Assembly (NCBI GenBank): GCA_965662175.1
Contig: CBFIGT010000006.1
Location: forward strand, 312 to 46,810
Source of the DNA: Arcobacter sp.
GTDB taxonomy: Bacteria > Campylobacterota > Campylobacteria > Campylobacterales > Arcobacteraceae
Direction of reading: 5' to 3'
DNA length: 46,499 nucleotides
The notes beneath the pieces were generated by a model, which searched no databases, was not told where the DNA came from, and saw only the letters and a list, made by a program, of their open reading frames with translations. The first letter of the stretch is position 1. Every line of letters starts with the position of its first letter. Shown here one piece after another: positions 17,461-28,298 of the stretch. The position numbers were made by a program, and so were the translations under genes.

Positions 17461-19947
17461 ATGAGTAAAGGTTTAGATATACTAATTAATAGCAAAACAG
17501 AAGAGAGTGTTGCTAAATCAGGTAAAACTTCTTCTATTACAGCAAAAAAAGAGGGTTCATCTCTTTTTGATAGCTTATTATCAAATGCTAAAAAAGATTT
17601 AAAAACATCGGCTCAATCTTTATTAAATGTTAAAAGTAGTGAAACAACAGTAGAAAAAGATCTTACAAATAAAAATATCACAAGTAAAAATTCACTTTTG
17701 CAAGAAACAGCAAAAAATACTCCTAATAACTTAGAAAAAACTCAAGAAACCAAAACTGATTTAAATAATAAAATAGAAGTTCCAAAATCCAAAGAACTTT
17801 TATTAAATTCAAGGGATGAAAATATAGTTTCAAAGCCCACAAAAACAGATAAAACTCCTAGTTCTTTAATGGATAGATTACTTCAAAGTGCAAAACAAAA
17901 TGTTGAAAAAGAAAAAACAGTTTTAAGTGAAGAAAAAAATGAGCTAAAAAATGAAGTAAAAAAAGAGAGTGTAAATAATGAAAAAACTGGAACAGTTAAT
18001 AAAGTAGAAACAACTGTTTCTGAAAATAAAGCATTAAAAGAGAACTTAAATAAAAATGAAGAAAAAGCTATAGAAAAAAATAGTTCAATAGAGCCATTAC
18101 TTAGCAATTCTCAAGGAAAAAAAGCTAAAGTAAATACTTTAGAAAAAATTGATAATCCTAAAATTACCGATAAAAATGAGATTATTCAAAAAACAGATAG
18201 TTTAAAACCTGAACTTAAGGTTTCAACAAAAGCTAATAGTTTAGAAAATGTAGAAGAGGAAGTTAAAACTACAGTTGATGTAAAAGCAAAAAAAATTGAG
18301 ACTAATTTAGAAAGTACTCAAGAATTAAAAGTTGAAACTAAATTAAAAAATGAGACTTTTTTAGAAAAAGATAATAAAGTAGAGTCAGTAAAACAGAGTG
18401 TTTCTAATAATACAAATGAAAAACTCTCTTTAATTGATAAAATATTATCAGAAAAAAATGAGACTAAAAGTAGTACAAGCAATAAAACTGCAAGTGAAGA
18501 GCTTGTAACAAATATGTCTAAAAATAAAAGCGAAAAAATAAGCGAAAAAATAAATGATTTAGATGTAGAGGAGAAGAGCTCTTTAAAAGAGAAAGTTACT
18601 CTAAAAAAGAGTGAAAATATAACTAGTGTTAATTTACTTGAAAAAAGTGAAGCAAAAGAGAATGTTTCTAAAAATCAAGATAATAACATAGATACTAAAA
18701 TTACTCAAGTACAAACTATTGAGAAACAAGCTGAGCTTAGCTCTTTAAATAGTTCAAAAGATACTCAAAAACAAGATAGTAAAAATTTAGAGCTAAATAT
18801 AAAAGTAGCTTCTGATTTAGGAAAAATAAATAATAACATTAAAAATGAAACATTAGATAATAGTGTAGAAAAAGAGAATGAAAAACAAAATCAAAAAGTT
18901 GAAACTAAGCCTGTTGAAAATAGAGTAGTTGAGAATAAAGTTAGTTTGAATTTAAATAATGATTCTTCTATTGAAGAGGGTGTCAAAAATGAAAATAGTA
19001 ATAATAAACAAATTTTTACAAAAACAGAAGAATCAAGTAGTTTAAATAAAAGAGTTTCACTTGAAGAGATGATGAAAGGTTCTATTAATAAAGAGAACTC
19101 TTTAAATCAATCTAAAAATGAAATGGTTACAAATATCTATTTAAGTGCTCAGAAAAAAAGTTTAGCTGATAATAGTTTAGAAATAAAAAATGAAGCTCTA
19201 AAAACTGTTAAAAATGCAAATAGCACAAAAGATGTAGAACAGGGTGCTAAAATGTTAAACTTAGGTTTGGAAAAACAGTCTGTTACTTTAGAAAAACCTC
19301 TTGAAGAGCCAAAAATACAAAAACTCTCTACAACATCTACTTTTGATAAATTAGCACTTTTTAGAAATAATATCCAAGATAATTTAGAGAACAAATCAAC
19401 ACTTAAAAGCTCTTTAGATATCTTAAATCAAAATATTGCAAAAAATAATTTATTAGAAGAAAAAATAGTAGAATTGGATGTAAATATAAGCTCAACACCA
19501 ACAATACAAAATAGAATTATTGCAGCTAGACAACAAATGGCTACGATGATGTCTGATTTAGCTAGAACTATGTATGAAAATTATAAGCCACCTGTTACAG
19601 CTTTTAGAATTAATTTAAATCCTTCAGCACTTGGTTCTATTGCAATAGTTTTAAAAAATGAGCAAAAAAACTCTTTATCTATTAGTATGAATATATCAAA
19701 TCACTCTACAAAAGAGATAATGCTTGAAAATCAAGCTTCATTAAGAGATAGTTTATCTAAAACATTTGATGGAACTTCTAATTTTAATTTAAATTTTGAT
19801 GCTAGTGAAGAGAGTTATTTAAATGCAAATCAAGATAATAATTCAAATGAGAATTTTCAAGATGAGTTTATGGACTCTTCATCTATAGTTTCTAATAATC
19901 AAAATGAGAGTAATGAAGAAGTAGAAGATAACGCAAACTATATGTAA
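17461..19947 (+). CDS. fliK: Hook-length control protein FliK (828 aa)
   Basis: Long K/N/S/E-rich low-complexity region and C-terminal T3S4-like RINLNPSALGSIAIVL domain. Confidence 0.82.
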   Translation: MSKGLDILINSKTEESVAKSGKTSSITAKKEGSSLFDSLLSNAKKDLKTSAQSLLNVKSSETTVEKDLTNKNITSKNSLLQETAKNTPNNLEKTQETKTDLNNKIEVPKSKELLLNSRDENIVSKPTKTDKTPSSLMDRLLQSAKQNVEKEKTVLSEEKNELKNEVKKESVNNEKTGTVNKVETTVSENKALKENLNKNEEKAIEKNSSIEPLLSNSQGKKAKVNTLEKIDNPKITDKNEIIQKTDSLKPELKVSTKANSLENVEEEVKTTVDVKAKKIETNLESTQELKVETKLKNETFLEKDNKVESVKQSVSNNTNEKLSLIDKILSEKNETKSSTSNKTASEELVTNMSKNKSEKISEKINDLDVEEKSSLKEKVTLKKSENITSVNLLEKSEAKENVSKNQDNNIDTKITQVQTIEKQAELSSLNSSKDTQKQDSKNLELNIKVASDLGKINNNIKNETLDNSVEKENEKQNQKVETKPVENRVVENKVSLNLNNDSSIEEGVKNENSNNKQIFTKTEESSSLNKRVSLEEMMKGSINKENSLNQSKNEMVTNIYLSAQKKSLADNSLEIKNEALKTVKNANSTKDVEQGAKMLNLGLEKQSVTLEKPLEEPKIQKLSTTSTFDKLALFRNNIQDNLENKSTLKSSLDILNQNIAKNNLLEEKIVELDVNISSTPTIQNRIIAARQQMATMMSDLARTMYENYKPPVTAFRINLNPSALGSIAIVLKNEQKNSLSISMNISNHSTKEIMLENQASLRDSLSKTFDGTSNFNLNFDASEESYLNANQDNNSNENFQDEFMDSSSIVSNNQNESNEEVEDNANYM

Positions 19948-20696
19948 TGGAAGCACTGCTATCTTTATTAAATGAAACAACTGTTTTTCATTTTTTACTA
20001 CTTTTTGCTAGAATTTTGGCCTTTATGGTTTTTATGCCAATTTTTGGCCATAAATCTGTATCTACTAGATTAAGGGCTGGATTAGCATTTTATGTAACAA
20101 TATTTTTGTTTCCAATTGTTGATGTTCAATCAGATATAAATCAAGATAATTTTTTATTAGCAATAATCTCTGAAATTACACTAGGTTTAACAGCTTCAAT
20201 ATTGGTTAATATTATTTTTAATGCTGTTAAAATGATTGGTGAGTTTGTTGGATATGCTACAGCACTTGCTATGGCTAACTTTTTTGACCCTGCCTCTGGA
20301 ACAAATGAGGGTATTTTAGCTAGATTACTTTTTTATATATCTCTTGCACTCTTTTTTGAAACAGGAATGTATGAAATGACCCTTTCAATTTTGGCTAAGA
20401 GTTTTTCTATTGTGCATTTAGGTGAGTTTAATATTTTTTCATTTGATGGTGTAAAAATGGCAATAAATGAAATAAATAGAATGTTTGCTTTTACTTTTGC
20501 CTTTGCCTTTCCTCTATTTTTTATAGGTTTTGTAATAGATATTTATTATGGATATGGAACAAAATCTATGCCTGCATTTTCACCTTTTGTTATTACTTTT
20601 CAGCTAAAATTCGCTTTAATAATGATATTTTTGATGTTAGGTATGGAGGTTTTCTCTGAGGCCTTTACTAACTATTTTATTACAAAATTTGAATAA
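19947..20696 (+). CDS. fliR: Export gate protein FliR
   Basis: LLFARILAFMVFMPIF, ANFFDP; hydrophobic; precedes flhB. Confidence 0.93.
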   Translation: MEALLSLLNETTVFHFLLLFARILAFMVFMPIFGHKSVSTRLRAGLAFYVTIFLFPIVDVQSDINQDNFLLAIISEITLGLTASILVNIIFNAVKMIGEFVGYATALAMANFFDPASGTNEGILARLLFYISLALFFETGMYEMTLSILAKSFSIVHLGEFNIFSFDGVKMAINEINRMFAFTFAFAFPLFFIGFVIDIYYGYGTKSMPAFSPFVITFQLKFALIMIFLMLGMEVFSEAFTNYFITKFE

Positions 20697-20707
20697 GGAG
20701 GGTTTAT

Positions 20708-21760
20708 ATGGCTGATGATGAAGAAAAAACCGAAGAACCCACCGAAAAGAAAATAGAAAAAGCTAAACAAGAGGGAAATGTACCAAAATCTGCTGAAGTT
20801 GTAGGTGCTGCAATTTTGCTTTTAGGAACAGTATATCTTCTGTTTTTAGGAACTTTTCTTTTTAAATCTATACAAAATACAATGATTTATATTTTTGGAT
20901 TTATAGGGCAGGAGTTGGATGAAAAGATTTATTATAATATTACTGATACCTTAGTTAACACAGCTTTATACTCTTTGGCTCCATTTTTTGCCTTAGTTTT
21001 AATATTAGCTTTAGTTTTAAATTGGGTTCAATTTGGTTTTTTATTAAATCCTTTAAAATTTGATTTACAAAAGCTTGATCCAATTAAAGGTTTGAAAGGT
21101 TTATTTAGTTTAAAAAAAGGATTAGAGGCTTTAAAACTTTTTTTAAAACTTACAATAATAGTAATCGTGATGTTCATTCTTTTTGGTTTAACTTATAGTG
21201 CTTTTCTAGCTATGATGGATAAAGAGATGTCCTCCTCAATTGATATGATGTTTGAATTAACAGTCTATTTTTTAGCTGCTATATTATTTATAATAATAAT
21301 TTTTGCTATAATAGATTTCTTTTTCACAAGACATTACTATTTTGAATCATTAAAAATGAGTAAACAAGAGATAAAAGATGAGCATAAAAATATGGATGGA
21401 GATCCTAAAGTAAAAGCTAGGATTAGAAGTATTCAGTTTGCAATGCATAGAAAACGTATGATGTCAAGTGCTCAAGATGCTGATGTAGTTATTACAAACC
21501 CTACACACTATTCAGTGGCATTAAAGTATGATAGTAGTGTAAGTTCAGCACCAAAAGTTGTTGCAAAAGGTATAGATTTTTTAGCTTTAAAGATTAGAGA
21601 TATTGCAAGAGATAATGATATTCCTATTATAGAAAATCCATCTTTAGCAAGATCTTTATATAATCAATTAGAAGTTGAGCAAGAGATTCCAGCTGAGTTT
21701 TATAAGGCATTAGCTGAAATTTTCTCTTATGTATTTGAGTTAAATAAAAATAAAAGGTAA
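20708..21760 (+). CDS. flhB: Export switch protein FlhB
   Basis: KTEEPTEKK, DGDPKVK and NPTH autocleavage motif. Confidence 0.97.
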   Translation: MADDEEKTEEPTEKKIEKAKQEGNVPKSAEVVGAAILLLGTVYLLFLGTFLFKSIQNTMIYIFGFIGQELDEKIYYNITDTLVNTALYSLAPFFALVLILALVLNWVQFGFLLNPLKFDLQKLDPIKGLKGLFSLKKGLEALKLFLKLTIIVIVMFILFGLTYSAFLAMMDKEMSSSIDMMFELTVYFLAAILFIIIIFAIIDFFFTRHYYFESLKMSKQEIKDEHKNMDGDPKVKARIRSIQFAMHRKRMMSSAQDADVVITNPTHYSVALKYDSSVSSAPKVVAKGIDFLALKIRDIARDNDIPIIENPSLARSLYNQLEVEQEIPAEFYKALAEIFSYVFELNKNKR

Positions 21761-21763
21761 ATT

Positions 21764-23758
21764 TTGAAATTAATATTGTTATTTATTTTACTTTTTTCAT
21801 TTTTAAATGCGAAAAAAGATTTTTTTTATAGTTTTGTTGATTCAGGTGGTGTACAAATATCTGAAAAAAGAAAAAATGAAATTAGAGATGGCTTTGAGAT
21901 TATTGAGCAAGTAAAGCAAATGGCCAAAGATGGGAAAATCGATGAAGCTTATGCTCAAATAAAAAACTTTAAAGAGATAAATAAACTTGATATTTTAGAT
22001 TCAGATATTATGCTAGCTTATGCTGAAATATCATTAAAAAAAGGTACTAAAAGACTTATTGCTGAAACCTCCGATGAACTAGAAAGAGCTATTAATACAT
22101 CAACTATTCATGAAACTGATTTGGCAAAAGCTTATATGCTATTAGTTGATTTAAAATTAAACTCAAATAAAGTAAATGATGCAAAATATTTTGCAGAAAT
22201 TATAATAAATAACTTTTCTGATAAGGTTACAAATGCTTATGGAAAGATATATTTAGCAAAAGTTTATAAACATACAAAATCATATAATAATGCCATTAAA
22301 ACCTTATATAATATTTTAGTTGATACAAGTGATGTTTTAGTTGCTACAATTGTTGCAGATGAACTTTTTGATATATATTTATTAAATGAGCAAAAAGATA
22401 AGGCATATGAACTTATTTCAAAAGTATTGGATAAAAATATAGATTATTACTCAGATGATTCTTATATTGCTTTACGAAAAGTTGATAAATTAGTTGATGC
22501 AAATATGCCTGAGTTTGCTGTTGAAATTTTAAAAGAGCTATTAAATCGAGCTACAAATGAAGAGTTTATTGAAGAGTTTAAGTTTAAACTAGCAAATGTT
22601 TATATGAGTATGTATGATGGAACTACTTTATATTTATTTAAGGCAAAAGAGTTGTATAAAGATATATTAGGGGATTATCCCGATGGTCTTTACGCAAAAG
22701 ATGCAAAAATGTATATTGATGAAATTTTAATGAGAGAGGGGAATATTACGCCACAACTAATAGCTTCAAAATATCAAGGTTCAGAAGCTATGAAGCAAAA
22801 AGCTATGTTTCAAGAGGTTTTAAATCTAAAAAAAGAGAAGAAATATGATTTTATATTAAAATCAAAAAAAGTCTATTCTAAAATCTCTGATACAATTGCA
22901 AAAAGATTTGCTTATGAGAGTGTAAATGCTTTGTATGATGAGGTGAATATTTTATTAATAAAAGATTATTTGCAAAAAGATCAATGCTTTTTGATGAATA
23001 AAGCCTTAAAGACTTCAAGAAAAGAGACTTTAGAACTACTAATTCAAGATGAAGAGGATAAATATAAATTTTTTGAGTGTCTTATTGAAGTTCCTTATGA
23101 AAGAGGTTATGAGCTTTTAAAAGAGACTTTTAATTCAAGTCGAGATGGACTTTTATATTTATATTTAGAAAGAATGGCTTTAGCTTTGGATTTAGTTGAT
23201 GAAGCCTTAGGTTTTTCAGCAAAAGTTGAAATGGTAAATGATAAAGAGATTTTAGAAAAAGAGTTTTTATATAGATTTTTAGTTTTTTCAGCAAAAAAAG
23301 ATAGTTTAGCAATGGAAAAGTTTTTTTATTATGCTTCAAGAAACAAAGATTTTATTGAAAAAAATAGTAATAATCCTGTTATTATAGATTTTTATTATCA
23401 GTACTATTTATATCTATTAGGAAAAGAGAGAAATGATGAAGCTAAAGAGATTTTATTGAAATTAGATGAAAAACAAAATGAGTTAAAAGCTTTTGTTTAT
23501 TCTCCCTTTGTAGAGTTAGAACTATCAAAAGTAGAAATAGATAAAAATAATTTTGAACTTGCAACTGAATATTTAACTGATAGTTTAAAAAAGGCAAGAA
23601 GTATTAAGCCAAATGATTTAGTAAAAGTATATTATGAATTAATAAAACTCTATGATACTCAAAATTTGACATCACTAAAAGATGAATATATAAATAAATG
23701 TAAAAGTGTAGAAAATACTCAAGATTCATTATATAAACAAATGTGCGATAAGATGTAA
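21764..23758 (+). CDS. Exported TPR-like protein (PflA-like candidate)
   Basis: Signal peptide (..FSFLNA), helical repeat body (FKLANVY..AKELYKDILGDYP); lies in flagellar cluster. Confidence 0.7.
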   Translation: MKLILLFILLFSFLNAKKDFFYSFVDSGGVQISEKRKNEIRDGFEIIEQVKQMAKDGKIDEAYAQIKNFKEINKLDILDSDIMLAYAEISLKKGTKRLIAETSDELERAINTSTIHETDLAKAYMLLVDLKLNSNKVNDAKYFAEIIINNFSDKVTNAYGKIYLAKVYKHTKSYNNAIKTLYNILVDTSDVLVATIVADELFDIYLLNEQKDKAYELISKVLDKNIDYYSDDSYIALRKVDKLVDANMPEFAVEILKELLNRATNEEFIEEFKFKLANVYMSMYDGTTLYLFKAKELYKDILGDYPDGLYAKDAKMYIDEILMREGNITPQLIASKYQGSEAMKQKAMFQEVLNLKKEKKYDFILKSKKVYSKISDTIAKRFAYESVNALYDEVNILLIKDYLQKDQCFLMNKALKTSRKETLELLIQDEEDKYKFFECLIEVPYERGYELLKETFNSSRDGLLYLYLERMALALDLVDEALGFSAKVEMVNDKEILEKEFLYRFLVFSAKKDSLAMEKFFYYASRNKDFIEKNSNNPVIIDFYYQYYLYLLGKERNDEAKEILLKLDEKQNELKAFVYSPFVELELSKVEIDKNNFELATEYLTDSLKKARSIKPNDLVKVYYELIKLYDTQNLTSLKDEYINKCKSVENTQDSLYKQMCDKM

Positions 23759-23759
23759 T

Positions 23760-25070
23760 ATGATAGATATTGATAAATTTTTAGATAGCATTGATACAAA
23801 TAATTTAGTTATTCCCTTTGGAAAAGTTGTAAATATAAGCTCAACTACGATAAAAGCAGTTGGAATTGAAGTTGCTGTTGGTGATATTGTAAGAATAGAG
23901 TCCCAACAAAATATTTATAAAGTTCTTGGAATGGTCGCATCAGTTGAGGGTGATGGATTTAAAATTGTACCATTTTCATTTATTGATGGTTTTAGAATAA
24001 ATGATAAAGTTTTTTTACAAAAAGATGGATTAACTGTAAGAAGCGGTTATGGATTATTAGGTCGAGTTGTAAATGCTTTAGGTGAGCCAATTGATAATAA
24101 AGGAAAAATTACAGATTTAGAGTGCAATGCAGCTATTAATAAGCAATCAATTCCTGCTTTAGAGCGTGGAATAATAGATGAAAGATTTTCAACAGGTGTT
24201 AAAGCAATAGATTCTATGTTAACATCAGGAAAAGGGCAAAAAGTTGGAATATTTGCTGGAAGTGGTGTTGGAAAATCTACTTTAATGGGAATGATTGTAA
24301 AAGGTTGTGAAGCTCAAATTAAAGTTGTTGCTTTAATAGGGGAGAGGGGTAGAGAGATTCCTGAGTTTATTCACTATAATTTAGATAATAATTTAGAAAA
24401 CACTGTAATAATTGCTGCAACCTCTGATGAATCAGCTTTAATGAGAAAATATGGAGCTTTTACAGCAATGGCTATTGCTGAGTTTTTTAGGGATAAGGGA
24501 CATGACGTTTTACTTATGATGGATTCAGTTACAAGGTTTGCTATGGCCCAAAGAGAGATAGGTCTTAGTACTGGTGAACCTCCTGTAAGTAGAGGTTATC
24601 CACCCTCTGTTTTTGCATTATTGCCCCAACTTATGGAGAGAGCTGGAAATAACTCAAAGGGTTCAATTACAGCATTTTTTACTGTTTTAGTTGATGGTGA
24701 TGATATGAATGACCCAATAGCTGATCAAAGTAGGTCTATTCTTGATGGACATATAGTTTTAACAAGAGAATTAACAGAACAAGGGCAATATCCACCAATA
24801 GATTTATTAAAATCAGCCTCAAGGGTAATGGATAAGGTTGTTAGTCCTGAACATTATAATGGTTTTTTAAAGTTAAAAAGAGTATTATCATTGATAAAAG
24901 AGAATGAAATACTCATTCGTGTAGGTGCTTATAAAGAGGGAATGGACAAAGAGCTTGATAAGGCACTATCAAAAAGAGAAAAAATCAAAAAATTTCTTTT
25001 TCAAGGTATTGGAGAGAAATATGATTTTAACAAAATCTTTAATCTATTTAAGGAGGTGATTAATGATTAA
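23760..25070 (+). CDS. fliI: Flagellar export ATPase FliI
   Basis: GSGVGKS, LIGERGRE, DSVTRFAMAQREIG, DGHIVL. Confidence 0.97.
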   Translation: MIDIDKFLDSIDTNNLVIPFGKVVNISSTTIKAVGIEVAVGDIVRIESQQNIYKVLGMVASVEGDGFKIVPFSFIDGFRINDKVFLQKDGLTVRSGYGLLGRVVNALGEPIDNKGKITDLECNAAINKQSIPALERGIIDERFSTGVKAIDSMLTSGKGQKVGIFAGSGVGKSTLMGMIVKGCEAQIKVVALIGERGREIPEFIHYNLDNNLENTVIIAATSDESALMRKYGAFTAMAIAEFFRDKGHDVLLMMDSVTRFAMAQREIGLSTGEPPVSRGYPPSVFALLPQLMERAGNNSKGSITAFFTVLVDGDDMNDPIADQSRSILDGHIVLTRELTEQGQYPPIDLLKSASRVMDKVVSPEHYNGFLKLKRVLSLIKENEILIRVGAYKEGMDKELDKALSKREKIKKFLFQGIGEKYDFNKIFNLFKEVIND

Positions 25071-26169
25071 TACATCAAACAGTATGCTATATAGACTTGA
25101 TATACTAAACGAACAACAAACAAGAGTTAATTACCAGATGAGTAGTGGTAAGGTTCTTGATAATGGTAGTGATGATACAGTTGTTTATACTCAAGACCTT
25201 TATATTGAAGATAAAATTAGAACTTTTGAGGGATTAAAAACTCAATTAGAAAAGAATAATGCACAAAATGATGTGGCTGATAGTACCCTAGAAGAGATAA
25301 AAAATCTTTTAGATTATATTAAAACTGAGACTATAAAAGCTAGAAATGACACTCAAAATGAAGATACTAGAAAAGCAATTGCAGTTCAAATTCAAGGTGC
25401 AAAAGAGAATCTTTTTACTTTAGTTAATGAAAGAGTTGAAGATGAGTATATTTTTAGTGGTTCACAAACAAATGTAGAGGCTTTTACCCAAGATGCTGAT
25501 GGAAAAGTTACATATAATGGAAATCCACAACTAAGAATTGCTGCTGTTGAAATTGATTCTTATAGACAAAGAGGTGTAACAGGATTTGATATTATGTCTT
25601 ATGATGTGGGAACTGCATCAACAGGTTCACCTTTGTCATTTAAAGAGGATGAAAGAATAGTTGACCAAAATGGTAGAGAATGGAAGCTAAATGAGGCTGA
25701 GTCAGTATTAATTGAGTATGATGAAGATGGAAAATCAACTGATAATTTTGTTGAAGTAACTGTTTCAGGTGTTTCTCCTGATAAGGTTTATGATATTGCT
25801 GATGTTGGTGGTTCAATGAGAACATTTACTGTTAAACATAGTACTTTTGATACAATTGATGATATTATTAAATCTTTAAATGAAAATGATGTAGAGGGAA
25901 TCTCTACAGGTATTGATGAAATGTCTGAATCATATAATGCAGCAAATCATGCCCATGGACAATTAGGTGGTAGAAATGCAACTTTTGAATCAGCTTATGA
26001 GAGAGTTATTTCTAAATTAACTCATTTTAATATATTATCAGTAGAAAATAGTAGTGCTGATTTAACAAAAGTGGCAATTGAAGCTAAGCAATTAGAGCTT
26101 ACGTATACGTCATTATATTCAACTATAAGTAAGATGAACAGCTTATCTTTAGTTAATTTTATAAACTAA
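25063..26169 (+). CDS. flgL: Hook-associated protein FlgL
   Basis: Flagellin-like termini (QMSSGK, YIFSG, SLSLVNFI). Confidence 0.85.
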   Translation: MINTSNSMLYRLDILNEQQTRVNYQMSSGKVLDNGSDDTVVYTQDLYIEDKIRTFEGLKTQLEKNNAQNDVADSTLEEIKNLLDYIKTETIKARNDTQNEDTRKAIAVQIQGAKENLFTLVNERVEDEYIFSGSQTNVEAFTQDADGKVTYNGNPQLRIAAVEIDSYRQRGVTGFDIMSYDVGTASTGSPLSFKEDERIVDQNGREWKLNEAESVLIEYDEDGKSTDNFVEVTVSGVSPDKVYDIADVGGSMRTFTVKHSTFDTIDDIIKSLNENDVEGISTGIDEMSESYNAANHAHGQLGGRNATFESAYERVISKLTHFNILSVENSSADLTKVAIEAKQLELTYTSLYSTISKMNSLSLVNFIN

Positions 26170-26185
26170 AAGTTTTTAATATTTT

Positions 26186-28297
26186 ATGAATCTGAAAAAG
26201 ATATTTTCAAGAGATTTATTTGTTGTAGCATTTTTTATTGCTATACTATCTATTATTATAGTTCCCCTACCAAAGGGAATTTTAGATTTTTTCTTGATTA
26301 TATCTTTATCTTTATCTCTTTTAATTTTACTTATCTCTTTATATATTACTAAACCCTCTGATTTAACAACTTTCCCAACCTTGATATTAATTTTTGCACT
26401 ATTTAGGCTCTCTTTAAATATAGCAACAACCAGGTCTATTTTAAGTGAGGGACATAATGGACCTGATGCGGTTAGTTCTATAATTGCAGCTTTTGGAGAG
26501 TTTGTTGTTGGTGGAAATATGGTTATTGGTATTATTATTTTTATTATTTTAGTACTTATTAACTTTATGGTTGTAACAAAGGGAGCTACAAGGGTTGCTG
26601 AGGTAACTGCAAGATTTACACTTGATTCAATGCCTGGAAAACAAATGGCAATTGATGCTGATTTAAATGCTGGATTTATTGATGATAAAGAGGCTCAAAT
26701 TAGAAGACATAATCTTATTTCAGAAGCAAACTTTTATGGGGCTATGGATGGGTCTTCTAAGTTTGTAAAAGGTGATGCGGTTGCTGGTATTATTATCACA
26801 ATTGTAAACTTAATTGGTGGATTATTAATTGGACTTTTTCAACATGATTTAACAGTTGCTCAAAGTGGTGAAATTTATACTATTTTAACAATTGGTGATG
26901 GATTAGTAGCTCAAATTCCAGCTCTTATTTTATCAACAGCAACAGCTATTATTATTACAAGGTCTAACCTTGATGAGGATAAGTTTGCAAATCAATCTAT
27001 TAATCAACTTATAAAAGATTCAAGGTCTTTGATTTTAGTAGGTCTTGGATTACTTTTATTTGCTTTTGTTCCTGGTTTTCCAACAGGAATTTTGATTGTA
27101 ATGGGTCTTTTATTATCAGGTGTTGGTTATGTAATTTATATGATAAATGAGAAACAAGAGAATAGTATTACAAACTTCTTTAAAACTAAAGATAAAAAAA
27201 GTGAAGCTGAAATTTTAAATAAAATGAAAGAACAAAAAGAGAAAGAGGCTAAACCTGTTAGTGACAAAGAGACTATTGATAATATTATGAAATTAGAAGT
27301 TTTAGAGTTAAAACTTGGAATTAGATTATTGCAACTTGTTCAAGGTAATTCTGATTTATTAGATAAAATTAGAGGTATTAGAAAGAGTGTTGCTGCTGAT
27401 TTAGGTTTTGTAATTCCTCAAATTAAAATTTCAGATGATGCCACATTAAACTCCAATGAATACTCTTTATACTTAAAAAGAATTCCTTTAGCTGTAGCTT
27501 CTGTTGAGGTTGATAAACTTTTAGCCATGGGTGGTACGGGAAGAGTTAAGTTGGAGGGTAAAAAAGTAAAAGAGCCTGTATTTAACTTAGATGCAACTTG
27601 GATTAATCCTGAGCTTAAAGAGGATGCCTTATTAAAAGGATTTACTGTTGTTGATGCTCCAACTATTATCTCTACTCATATTTCAGAGGTAATAAAAAGA
27701 CATGCTGAGGATATTATTACTAGGCAAGATATTGTTGATATTGTTGAGGGTTTAAAGAAAGATTTCCCTATTGTAATAGAAGAGGCTATGAAAGTAACAT
27801 CATATGGAACTCTTTTAAAAGTGTGTAGAGATTTACTCCATGAGGGTATTCCAATTGTTGATATGCTTACAATTATTGAAGCGGTTGCTGATATAGCTGA
27901 GTTTACAAAAATACCTGATGTTTTATTGGAACATGTAAGAAGCAAACTTTATAGACTTATTACAAATAGGTTTTTAGATGTTGATAATATACTTCACATA
28001 GTGACAATTAAACCAGAGCTTGAACAACAATTTATAGGAAAACTTCAAGAGCAAGGTGGAGTTTCAAACTTAATGTTATCTATTGGAGAGATTAATAGTC
28101 TTGTTACTAAAACAAAAGAGTTAATTAGAAGTGTTGAGGCAAAAGGATTTAATAAAGTTGCTATGGTTGTTGATCCTGTTTTAAGAAAAAGAGTTTCAGA
28201 AATTTATGAGAAATTTGGTTTAGATGTTGCTGTTTTAAGTCATGCTGAATTAGATTCAAAAGCAAATTTCTCAATTGAGGGTACATTAGAGTTCTAA
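26186..28297 (+). CDS. flhA: Export apparatus protein FlhA
   Basis: RLSLNIATTR, RFTLDSMPGKQMAIDADL, FYGAMDG. Confidence 0.98.
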   Translation: MNLKKIFSRDLFVVAFFIAILSIIIVPLPKGILDFFLIISLSLSLLILLISLYITKPSDLTTFPTLILIFALFRLSLNIATTRSILSEGHNGPDAVSSIIAAFGEFVVGGNMVIGIIIFIILVLINFMVVTKGATRVAEVTARFTLDSMPGKQMAIDADLNAGFIDDKEAQIRRHNLISEANFYGAMDGSSKFVKGDAVAGIIITIVNLIGGLLIGLFQHDLTVAQSGEIYTILTIGDGLVAQIPALILSTATAIIITRSNLDEDKFANQSINQLIKDSRSLILVGLGLLLFAFVPGFPTGILIVMGLLLSGVGYVIYMINEKQENSITNFFKTKDKKSEAEILNKMKEQKEKEAKPVSDKETIDNIMKLEVLELKLGIRLLQLVQGNSDLLDKIRGIRKSVAADLGFVIPQIKISDDATLNSNEYSLYLKRIPLAVASVEVDKLLAMGGTGRVKLEGKKVKEPVFNLDATWINPELKEDALLKGFTVVDAPTIISTHISEVIKRHAEDIITRQDIVDIVEGLKKDFPIVIEEAMKVTSYGTLLKVCRDLLHEGIPIVDMLTIIEAVADIAEFTKIPDVLLEHVRSKLYRLITNRFLDVDNILHIVTIKPELEQQFIGKLQEQGGVSNLMLSIGEINSLVTKTKELIRSVEAKGFNKVAMVVDPVLRKRVSEIYEKFGLDVAVLSHAELDSKANFSIEGTLEF

Positions 28298-28298
28298 T

